DNA of 64,000 nucleotides from Raillietiella orientalis (taxonomy: Eukaryota): assembly GCA_036172245.1 (NCBI GenBank), contig JAYWIR010000034.1:62001-126000 (forward strand), written 5' to 3'. Below are positions 24,274 through 36,299 of the stretch, piece by piece. The position numbers and the translations under genes were made by a program. The notes beneath the pieces were generated by a model. The model saw nothing but the letters and a program-made list of their open reading frames with translations, did no database searches and was not told the DNA's origin. Every line of letters begins with the position of its first letter. The stretch's first letter is position 1.

Positions 24274-27200
24274 AAATATTTTTTGCTTTTTATATCAATT
24301 GGAGAGCATTTATTTAAATATAAAAAATGGGTGGTTGTAAATATTTACTGGAATGTTCAAATGATTTGAAGTGGGATTCCTTGTGAAATATTCTTGTGAG
24401 AGTCTAGGTTCTTGTAAAAGTAAGTCTTACAGCATTTGAAAATTCGGTACACTTCGTTTAAAATATATTCTCAATTGGAATCCAAAGACACAAAAACTTA
24501 GATTCAAATACTACAGAATTTGAGGAAGAACAGTGGACGTATGTGTAGATGCTAGTTGCCCATCCTGAATTACCATCACCTTATCTGCCCACATGACACC
24601 AAGCTTTGCTAAGAAAGATAATGCAACTCTTCAACAAACCTGTTTTTGGCAATCATTTGTCAACTTGAAAGTGGGGAGACCATGCTTCACTTTGTTGTTG
24701 AGCATAGCACAGATAAGTCAAGGATATGCATAGAAAGGAATACAGAAACATCAATCAGTTTCACTATAAGCAAAGATAGTTTTCGGACTGGAAAACCTAC
24801 TGCTAGAGAAGACAAAATATGCAGGAAATCTGAGTGTACAATTGATAATTAAATTTTAGCAACAAGCCCTAACTGCATGAATGCCTATGGAAATACGAGG
24901 ATGAACCTTTAGTTGTTGGGCTATTCTTAGCAAATCCAGCCAGTGTGACAAATTCTGAAAATACTGGAATCCATGAAATCCAGCATCCAATCAGTTAACA
25001 ACACATGCAAAGGGAAAGCTTCCGGTTTAGTACCAGTATTATTATTTATAGTGAAGAAATACTGCTGGAGGAAATGTAGAAGTTGACAAGACATGGAGGA
25101 ACAGAAACAAAGGTAAACTATTTTAGAACAAGAAAAGCTGGCCACATTTCTTAATTCTGTAAGATCACCATCTGAAAAAACAGCAGATATGGATCCACAC
25201 CCAAAGCAGAGTTTACAGTTTTGCAGTTTAGAAGAAATTAGTAATTGGTCTTAGCTGGATGTTGACAAGAAACAGTTCCCTCAAAGACTGCTTGAAATTA
25301 TCAGGCTCACGATCCCCTATTACCTACATTTCAGCAGCCATTCCTTCTAGTAAACCATCTTCCACAGTGACTCATGGTATCCTACCAAACCTCTGAGAAT
25401 TCGGTGGAAGAGGCTTCTTCACTCCACAAAATGCTGTGGCAACTTGTTTCCACTGAAAACGGAATAATCTCTGATCTGATGTATCCTGACCTGCCATTCT
25501 TCACAGATAATAAGCCATGTACATCCCTTGCTGTGAGCTTTCATTACAGTAAAACAATGCTCATGTACAGCTTTGTGCTGCACCTTATTCTTGAAGTCTG
25601 TTTCCTTTAGTCCAGGAAGGTTATTAAAGAAAAGATTTTCCTTAAAAACCGGCCATTTTTAAATGTATCTAACCATTATAACTGCAGCCGGTGTGATCAA
25701 AACGAAACTTATTATGAGCTATGTTCCTATTGCTTTCCTTGATGAATGAGCACTATGAAATTATTTGTGGATTAATCACAAAAATGCAAACAATATTTAT
25801 ACAAAAATTCTATTACAAAACTTAAAACCTATTTAGACTCCAAATCGGACTGAGAAACACCCCTTGCCAGAATTCAAATTCGAGAGTTGCAACAATGCCT
25901 AAAGTACTTTTACCACAGAGGGCAAGGGTGAATGAAAGAATTGTTTTCGTGCCAAAATATACAGATAATGAATGTAAATGGAGCTATAATGGTTCTAAAC
26001 TGGGCATGAGGAATCCACGGGTCTCGGGACGCATGCAGTCTGTGGAATCCTTGTGTGATTGGGGAGGCTTTTTTGAAATTGGAATTAATGCCCTCACCAT
26101 GAGGGTAACCAATATAACGCGCTACCTTACATATTTACGCGTAATCAATGAAAATCTATGGTGAAAAACTTCCATTTATAAAACGGGGTCTCCTGATGCA
26201 CAGGATATTACTTTTTAAGTTTAAAGACATGTGTGAGAGGTGTACTTAAATTCATTTACTTAGCTTAACGAATACAGTTTAAGTTTTTGGGAGTTATAAT
26301 CTAACATTTCAAATCTGCACAAACAGTACCCTTCCAAAATATCAAATATCTATAATGAGAAAAAATGGTATTTGTGCTTTGGGCACCGGGATTTCTGTTA
26401 GGAATTTTCGTTAAAGGAGTAGGCAAAGACAGGAATATTTTTTAGAGGATTTACTTTACTTGATTCCAATTAAAGGTATTAGTACGAGAAAAAAAAAAGG
26501 CTTACTATTGGAACTGGAAATAGTTTTACTAAAACCTAACTTGCCATAAGAAAAACTTGTGAGTGCAACTAGCGATAGATCTCTGTCAATGATTGAGAAA
26601 GCAATAATCGCATAGGACGGCTGAAAATTTGTTAAAGAAAGAGAAATTCAAGTTTAGTTTCGGAAAAGTTCGGTGTTCTACAACTATATTCTACATGAAG
26701 AATATTGCAGCCAGCGCTTAATGATTACTGCAGTAATGTCGGTGCTACCTAACATGAAAATTTCAATGGAAAACAAGGTCTTGACTGTCTTCAGTTTGTG
26801 CAACCTCTATCTGAATTAGAGAAAGAATACGAGGTGTCTTCCGTATGATTCCCACATTAAGTGGCTCACAAATAACACATTATAACTTTGGGGAACCCAA
26901 AGAAGGGATTAATCTGTTTATGGATATGAAAACAACCTGGTTCATGGAATAGAAAAAAATAAATAAATAAATAAACACCAGTGGTGTGTGATATAACATC
27001 TCTTTTTCTTCTTTATAACATCTCATGATGTTTTGCTCATTAATCAAAACTGGATATCAAACTCGATTGTCTCATGCAGTTAGTCAACTGGCCTCATTTT
27101 GATATCACTCTCATTTGAAAAAAATTTTCGTTTGTGAAAAAATCTGCTTCCTAAAATGAATAAGCACATTTCTCCATGCAAGAGGATGTACTGTGGAATA

Positions 27201-28773
27201 TGGAAGCAATATCCAAAGCTTAGAGAAGAGTTTGAAAGTATGTAATGAAACTAAGATGGAATCACAATTATTTTCTTACACATTCTCAGTACAGCCAGAA
27301 ACAGCTCCTTAAAACTTTCAACTTAAGTTAATTGATTTACAAGCTGATGATTCAGTTGGGACCAAATTAAGTTCACTCCTACTAACACTAACGGAGTTTT
27401 GTAATACCTATGTTCCAATAGAAAAATATCGGCACGTCTTTATAAAGCAGCACATCTTAACAAGTAACATCTTAACTGTTCTGTTTGGAACTATTTGTCA
27501 GTGTATACATTTTTTTTGAAAGAATGACCATTGAAAGATGTTAAATAGTAACATACTCATAGATGAAATCTTTGTAACCAACCCTACACTGCTGATTCAC
27601 AATCTTGTGCTCATCTCAACAAGCTTGTACAAGAGAAAAAATATAGAAATCTCATTACAACTAATCTCTATTCACCTATAATGGTGAATGATAAATTAAT
27701 TGACATTTTATATCTTTTTGCTTAATTGTTTCTTTAATGACATCTACATTGCAAGGATGATTGATGTAAAGATATACAATAAATTTGTAAAGTTCATTTC
27801 TTATTAAATATTTTTAAAATTTGAAAAACTTGAAACATTTATAATTATTATTACAAATATTTAACCTACTTGAGAAAAACAAATTGTGAATAGCAAACCT
27901 TAATAAACCTGAAAACTTGATCCAAATGAGAAATAACTGATTATCAAGCTTTTCCTTAAATTTCTAATCTCTTGACTTCCTGCCTATAATTGTTTGGCTC
28001 CACGTTTTATGGATGTAATTGTTTTTTGACAAAGAGAGCAATCATCACAGTGTTTTATTTATTTCCTGTCAGCCCAACCTTGGCACCAAGTTGAAGGCAA
28101 CAATCCCAACATAAAGGTTGAAATGGCAGAATTAGTAAGCATTCACATAATGTGAAAACAAAAAAAAAAAAAACAGAACATAAATTTGAAATTTAAGAAA
28201 TTGGAATTCATTGTTGCTACAATTGTGACCTGTTTTATATTTTATTAACTTATGTGGCTCCCTGCAAACACAGCCTGCTGCTACAAAAAACTTTCCCAAG
28301 GGTGTTCTAAACAGTTTTGCAACATTTTTCGTTCTGGGAGGTATCTTAATTTTTACAATATTAGTGGTTTGAAATATCCTGATACGTAAAAAAACAGATT
28401 GAATAAAATATTCAATCTTGTTGCATTCTTAACCATTGGATGAAATGTCCTGTGTAATCAAATGAATCAAACAATGTTATGATGCTTTCTTTATATTTTC
28501 AAATTAAGTAGCAAGTCTAATAATGCTCTGAATCACTAAAGACCAAATACATACAAAATTGATGTAACACATAGAATTGTAACATCATAATGATAACAGT
28601 TCATAGTCTAACAGAAATAAAATACATTTCTTATTCATGAGTATTTTTGAAAATATTTACTTTCTAACTTACAACAGAAACATAGCAAATAATTCTTCTT
28701 AAGTATATAATTCTAGAGACTAATATGCTGAATTTGAACAGCTTCACACAAATAATGTAACAAATTTTGTAAT

Positions 28774-31700
28774 TCACCATAATACCGGAAGCTTAAGATT
28801 AGAAAACCCTGGATCTTCTCGTGCTTGCCAGTACAAATTTTTAAATTTCCAACATTCTTCACTATTCTCTTCCACTTTGCTAAAAAGATGAAAGTAGACC
28901 ACTGTACAGATACTATCAGATCACTTACTGAAACCACTGTGGCTCATAAACATACCCACATTCATTCATATGGGCAATTCTTTCACGTTGAAGTTGTTCC
29001 AACTTTTGTTTGACCTGTTCAGCTTCCTCCAAACTGCCTTTTTCAAGAAGTCTACAAAAATATTACTTGAAATGGACAGCTTACAACCTCTGATCAGGAC
29101 GAAGTCGAGAGTCAGTACATGGAAGCCATTTTTCCAAATCTTGAGTCAACTCATTGAGTTCAATGGCAAATTGGGTAAATCCATAATACAGGACATGATT
29201 CTCAGGAAAAGGGTATGGGCGCCAAATACATTTTGCTGACTTTGGAGCTACACCACTATACAGCCCCTCATTCCATTTTCCAAATACATTTTGTACAAGG
29301 TCTCCATTTGGTCTCATCACAGATCCATGCACTTCACCATAAGAACCTTTTAAGAATGTCAATTGACATGATAATTGATTACTACGACAATTGATAAGCA
29401 TTTTGCCATAATGGTCAATCCATGGTTGACCACCAAACAAATTGTGCACACATGTTGTTAGCTTATTCCATTCATAATCTTCGGACTGAGAATCAGATAG
29501 ACAAAGGTGAAGTTGTACCCTTCCTGAAATTTGTTTTTACATATTATGAGGACACTACTTATTACCTTGAGGAAGAAGTTCAAGAGATTTACCCCAAAAT
29601 TTCGTTTTGACAGATATTTCTTCCAAGAAATGAAAGTATGTAGATTCAGCATAGCCCACACTGATAGGTGGGTGATGACTAACTTGCTCTGCAACAAAAC
29701 GAAAGCCACGATCTTCCCTAACACATTCATATGTCTCCCCCAGAAGAGGATTGAATGGTTTTTTTCCAGATCGTGCAGCCAGTGATCCATACACAGAAAC
29801 AGCAAATGCAGCCACCACCAACATACGTTCTACTGGATCAGATAGCTTCACAGCCTGGAGCAACAATTCACTGTATTCAAGTTCCTCACAAATGCGCTGC
29901 AGCATGCTCAGTGGTTCATTCATGATCACTGGCATTGATACACGTGATAAATCACGACCAATATTTCGGGTAAGCAAAGCCCATAAATTTGGAGAAGAAT
30001 CTGTAGGTTGAAGTGCAGGCAACTGAGTGCGATGTTTTGTAGCTTTAGGTTGGGCACAAATGTCTATATCTGTATTTTAAAACACTTCATAATATTACAC
30101 TTCACCTGTGTTTTGAAGAAAAGGTGGCAGCATGCACTCACTGAGATCACTGATCTCGCTACTGTCAGTATCACTTGATGCAGAAGAAGATGCTGTGTGA
30201 TATTCAAGAGCATCAAAGTAATCTGAAGCACTAGCATAGGATATCCTGTCCAGAGAAACTGTCTTGTCAGTGTTAACCTGCAATAACTAGTACCAAATGT
30301 TCCACTAACAATGACTTACCTCCTTCCTTAAAGACATCGAAACACCTTCACTTTGCTGGTTTGCCTGCTGGAAATGCTCTTGCATCTGAATGGTTTCAGG
30401 CAATACAGAGTGTGGAGCACCTAAAACTTGTCCTGAAGGCTCCTGAACACCAGAAATTGAAGATACAGAATTCACTACATCTTGTAATTGATGAAGCACT
30501 GTATCCTATCCATTATATGCATTAAACATGATGTCTATCTACCCAGAATTGCAAGATTTATCCAATCCAGAAGACTACCATAATCCACTTGTGCTACAGC
30601 TGGCACAAATGAAGATGATGTGCCTTGCGTAACATCCACTCCTTCTTTATTGGGCTGCATAAAACATTAATGAAAGAACTGCATTGCCAGGTTATGTTGC
30701 ATGTAATAAAAAATAATTATGTATAGAATATGATATACCAAGTCTGGAGCTGCCTGGGAATCTATTTTAGGAAAGTTTTTGCTCTTCTCTTTCTTTTTAA
30801 TTTTTTTCAAGGATCTTTTTTTCAAAAATATTGACAGAACCAATAAAATGCGCAACTCACCTAAACTGCATTTCTTTAGGGATGCCATCCTTCATTTTCT
30901 GTAAAAATGAATTCAATACAATAAGATTGTTCTCAGTAAGATGCAGCTGATACTTGATTTGCTGAGATTTTTTCTGGAGAAACAATTCTGAAGGTTTTTC
31001 TAAATCTAATGCACTTGGGCCAACAATATCCAGCTTTTCTGAGCCTACCAGGCTAGATGCTATGCAATTTCCGACTTTAGGGGTTCCATGTAAAAGAAGA
31101 TTCTGTCTGAATAAGCGATGCTGTTTAAGTTGTTCTAGCCATTGACAGAATAATTCTGCAGATTTGATCTACATGGGATAGTGCCTGTTTTTTCTTAGTT
31201 TACAAACCTTGAGATGATAAATGCAGTCTTCAGCATCTATATCAATTCTCTTGCTGCTGGTCAGTGTTGAAATCACTGCTAATCCCACATCCACCAATCC
31301 ACGAGTTTTTCCTCTACTGAGATCAGAAGTACTTTTGGCATAAGTTAGAATGCCCTTCTTGATGCTAAAAAATCTCTAGAGAAAAACATTTTATTTAATG
31401 CGCATGAATTTTTTTTACTTTATGCCATCCCTTCAGAGGCCATTTGCGTTTTTTAAGAAGATAACTGCTAAAGTCATGTGGAATTATGTCGAACTTTTCC
31501 CCCTCCTGCAAGCCTTGTATAACTTCCCAACTGTCGTTTTCATTTTTTTTTTTTCTAATTTTCTTAACATCCTGTCTGGCATCTAGATATTCTGTAGTAT
31601 ATGCATTCTCGTTACTGTCTTCCTAAAATGTCATATTAGTTCTAAGCAGGCAATGAAGTGTACATAGTTTGCATATGTAAAATATCTACAAGTCTTTCTT

Positions 31701-32466
31701 AAAATGTAAACTTCTAATTAGAAAGGCTTGTAAGAAAGTAAATCATAGAAGCTAATGCAAAAACTAAAATATCTTCATATGTAGAAATTGTGATATCTTA
31801 TTTATTCGTGCAAATGATGTAAATGTCTTTCAATTTTCCGCTGAAATATTTTTTTCTTGAAAAATTTTATTTGCAATGCAAATACATACCAACGTTTACT
31901 GGCCATGCATGTACGTTTATGCTAATACTATGGATATAACAAATTAAAGGTGAAAAATGAAACTGCTTTGAAAAATCCATTTTAAAATTAAGATTACATA
32001 ATACGGTACTTAGTAATCTTGCTTGAATGTCTACAATACTGATAAAGGCCGCGAAAATCGGAATTTTACTTCAGTTTGAATGGAATGCTTAATTCTGATA
32101 TCGAAAGCACCCACTGACTTTTCTATAATTTGATTACAAACCAACAATATCTTGCTATTAGTAAAATCTGAATAAATTACAAGAACAGCACTTGAAATCA
32201 ATTTACCACTTCGCAAGCTTGCAAGCACTGTATGCAGCATTTACTGTAAACTTATGGCATCGACATTACCCCGGATCATCCGATAAAATCTAAACAAATT
32301 TGAACGTGCTGATTACACCTGAGGATTTTGACATATGATGGTATAAAAAATAAACTGGTGGGAAGTAAATAAATAACATTCTTACGGAATCAGAGTGTGT
32401 TCTTGGTTGCTCTTCAACTGTAACTGGAGATCCGGAATGTTTTTCTGTAGTTTGGTTTTCTTCCAT
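28774..32466 (-). CDS. OSBPL6: Oxysterol-binding protein-related protein, ORP3/6/7 subfamily (PH + FFAT + ORD), ~822 aa, 12 exons
   Basis: Exons 32466-32386, 31622-31419, 31375-31208, 31168-30861, 30814-30739, 30654-30543, 30498-30320, 30277-30106, 30069-29566, 29523-29088, 29051-28929, 28879-28774, in phase. PH YLLKKRKWPLKGWHKRFF, FFAT-like DYFDALE, ORD KPFNPLLGETYE and EQVSHHPP, C-terminal LPVLW*. The symbol stands for the OSBPL3/6/7 group. Confidence 0.92.
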
Positions 32467-34996
32467 CCTACAAAACTAAAAGTCCTTCCATAATCATATT
32501 TATGGCACAAGCTTTCAATCTATAATGATTCGGGTTGTCTGCTCTCCAAATGTGTAGACCTGCATGAGCAGTTTTGGGACACGAAATTGCTAGTGACAAA
32601 CCGTGTCTACCGTACCAAATAAAACGAAATACTTAACGAGCATCAAAATGATTACATCTTATCCCTCGGAACCTAAATTAATTTCCAAACTCACATCCAT
32701 TTAAAGAACAAACATCGAAAAAGAGTGGAAGTACATGGAAAACACAGTCCCTGCAGAAAGACGCTCGTACTACCCATTCGCGATATCCAAGGAGGGAACA
32801 TCCCCTTCGCGAAGCGATTCGCTCCTATAGGAATATTGCTCGTACACACACAGTGAAGACAACACGAATAACATAAATACTATTAATGAAAATACAAGAT
32901 TAGGTACCACCAAAGATTTTTTTAAAAATACTCTAAGAACAAATCGAATTCCAGACAACTAATGACTTAATCATCATTTAATCATCTGGTAGGTAAACAT
33001 GGAAATGAAAATTGAAGACTGAACTCTTATGGGAATGCCATGATTGAACAGTAGAGAGGGGGGAAGAGTACCAAAGAGTAACTACAGTAAGCTTGCAGAA
33101 GAATAGTGAAACATACTAGAGAGAGAATGAAATTAAAATTACATATTAATGGACGATCAAATTCATCGCCAACTACAAAAATGATTTATAATCAAGCGCA
33201 TGCCCATAAAAATGAAGACAATTCTAGGCGGGGGGGGGGGGGAAGCAACTGAATATATCAGAATGCAAGTTCCTTATATCCTTCAGCAAATGCAGTAAGA
33301 ATGTGCTTTCTAGGTAACTCGTGAAATTCCGAAACTTCAAACGAATAGAAAAAATTTACTGACTACTCTCAAAAAAACAAAAATTCAAAGACGTTCTTTA
33401 TTGACAAATCTTATATGCATCTTCATATAAGCATCTGCCATAAGCGTCGATAAAGAATTCATCGACAAAGATGCTTATAAAAATCGTTTTAAAAACTTGC
33501 ATTTTTCCCAATGTGTTTTTTTTTTCAAGTCTTTAAGATCAGATCTTTTAAAGCGGCTTTCGTGTGGGTTTACAATGTTTGATCTTTAAGATGCTTTCGT
33601 CCGTAAGATTGCTTGATTTGCGGGCAATGTCTCAACTAAATTAATTTTGCAAGTCTGGAATAAATATCAATTTTCTATTTTCAAGTTTTATATGTTTCAC
33701 ATAGGATCTAAACACTTGCACAATATAATTTGTACCAGGGAATGAATGAAATTTCAAAAATTTTGTTTCCTCGACTTCAGCATCAGTTGTTTCTATTTGC
33801 TTCGTGCCATTCTGCGAAGCAAAAGTCTCACATAATATCTAAAATCTAACACGAAACTTTCCGCGAGTTTCTGTGGTTTTCATACAAATAGAGAAAACTA
33901 TTTAAATACCTGAGCTACTACAAAGTAATGATTCATCACAGTTATTGGAAATATACGCTACAATAGATTGTGATGCCTAAATACATGTAGGTTATTCAAG
34001 ATAATAAGTAATATTCTCTTTCTAATGTCAGGTTTTGGAGTAGCTCAAAGTTTCAGTGTCTTCTTCCACCATATTACACATCCGTCCCAAACATTAAATA
34101 CAAGTCTTTAGTGATTTTAGTCATCTATATCCTACATTGAAGTTGCTGAAATAATGAAATGAGGATATTGTTTGGAGTGAAATAATCTGTAATTACTCAG
34201 AAGCATTAGCATTTATGCAAATTATTAAGAAGAATTTTTAACATTTTGAAAATCAAATAGGAAAAAAGGATTTTTCCAGATGCCTTTTCCTGTAACCAGA
34301 GGAAAACATGAGACCTATACGACATAGATCTTCATCATCATTATAAATTCTAATAAATTTACAGTTATCTCTAGTTATAGAAATGAAAGTTGTTGTAAAG
34401 AACATTTTAAAATTCATACCTGCATAGCTTCAGCCTGCATACTGAGATAGTATGATGAGCGAATTAATTGGTACGTAAATATGGTCTTTGAATGTTAAGT
34501 GTGAGATAAGGATTTACATTTAGGTTAAGACAGGCATGAGAATATTCAAAGGTGAGATACCAATCAAATTGGTAGATGCAGCAAACATATTAGAAATGCT
34601 AGAAATGAAAATGTGAGAAAAAATTTGCGAAACTCCGAATAGTTAACAAAATGCAAGACTTAACATTTCGGACGCATCTTTTGAGCAAGTCGAATACCCA
34701 AAATGAACTTGGATGTAAAATTAAGATTTAAATGCCTTTGAAAACAAGATTTTGGATGCATTTGTCCTAAAAAGTGGTGAACAATAAGATTCTGAGTTTA
34801 AATCAATTAGCAATCACCACAAAGGAAAATATAAAGAAATCATTGGGCGTGAACTTCCCTATCACAGTGTACAACAGAAACCGACGGCAGCGAACGAACA
34901 ACGCGTAACTTGAATTTTCCAAACAGGAAATCACATTACTATTGCAGGTTTGAGGTATTTTTTTACGAAACCACTCATTTCCCATAAATACTGTGT

Positions 34997-35794
34997 TTTC
35001 ACCCGGATATGCCGAGGCATTTATTTAATAATAAAAATACAGGAAAATTTTCTCATGGCGAGCCCATTGGCTCACCACACCAAGACAGCTTGCTTCTTGC
35101 CGGCCTGGAACGGCGAGGTCCTTCCGACGCGCTGGGGTTGGGATACAAGAAAACAAAAGAAACAAAAAGTTTAAAAGTGGGGAGGGACCCACTGTTCTGG
35201 GGATGGGAGGGCGGGGAGGGAATCACAGTGCGCGCGGAACGGTCCTCTAGATCCTGTTCAGGATCCTCACAAGCTGCGTCCTTTCTGCGCCCAAATGGCG
35301 CCACTTGCACACGCTTCGCACGAAAAGGCGAGTCCAGTGTAAGGCGTTGCCGCAGGCTTGGCGCCTTCTTCTTGTCGCGTTCCACGATCCCTCATATGCA
35401 GCAGAGAACTGCTACACAAGCGGGCAGGGACAAGGCATCACGAGAGAAGAGGCTCCTAAAAACGTCCTTAGGGGCGCCTCCGCGGATGTCCAGAATCGCC
35501 GCAAGACGATCCCAGAGAGGGCGGATGGCACTGCATTCGAGAAGAAGGTGGGGGAATGTCTCTTTTTCCCCGCGCCGGTCGCACTGGGAGTACGCAGCCC
35601 CCCACGTGCAGTGATACAGGCGTGCTTTGAAAGGTAAACCCCAATGTACCACAAGCAACGCCACCTCCTGCCATTTCAGGGGGAGGGATCCACTGTTCCA
35701 GGACGCTGGGGGCCACTTCATCTCCTCCGGAGATAGTCCGAGTAGGTCGCCCCAGCGTCGAATTCCGTTGGGCGGGACACTCGGCGTCGCAGCA
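34997..35794 (-). mobile_element. 5'-truncated Tx1/L1-like LINE (zf-RVT + 3' UTR) with 14-bp TSD
   Basis: ORF ...WNSGSLPLKWQEVALLVVHWGLP..CDRRGEKETFPHLLLECSAIRPLWDRL; terminal motif rc AATAAATGCCTCGGCATATCCGGGTGAAAA; exact TSD cataaatactgtgt at 34983-34996 and 35795-35808. Confidence 0.9.
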
Positions 35795-36299
35795 CATAAA
35801 TACTGTGTAGTCAGGCGTTCGCTAAAAAGGAGTATTGATTTTCCACATGGTATGATCAAAAAAATTAAATAAAATCTTATTCATTCTGCGAACTAATCTT
35901 ACAATTGAGCACGTGTGCAGCTTTTCATGCATTGAGTTCTGAAAAAGTCATCAGCGATAATAAACTCTTGGGATTTTAGGAATGTTTCGGATAAATTTAC
36001 GTTTCTGTGTCTCAAGAAGGATATGATATTATAATCGATGTATGAGGTAAACTGCTTGCTTCTATTTCCTAGAAAAAAAGAATTAATATGATAAAATAAA
36101 AGAGTTTAAAAGTATTGGGAATTCCATATTTGTTCTTTCTCGGTTATTTAAAATAAGTGCAAATCGACTCAACTCTGGACCTGATCGTGTTCCTCAGTCT
36201 GAAATAGTAAGTTTTCCCCAAATGTAAAAAACCTTCAACTAGAAGAACCTTCAGTTCACTACAAGTAGACGTTTTTTCATGAATTCTCTTTGATTTTAG

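Noticed and set aside
24500..25600. Possible gene between VAT1L and ORP
   Set aside because: No consistent exon chain; only faint APE-like fragments, so probably another LINE relic, too weak to call.
31541..31556. Possible frameshift in the ORP A12 run
   Set aside because: Twelve A keep the frame (KKIRKKKNENDSWEV).
33229..33243. Poly-G/C runs (also ~16200, 18545, 48950, 59580) as functional G-quadruplexes
   Set aside because: Simple homopolymers with no supporting context.
34960..35830. Tx1-type targeting of snRNA, tRNA or 5S genes
   Set aside because: The flanks show no recognisable RNA gene and differ among the five copies.
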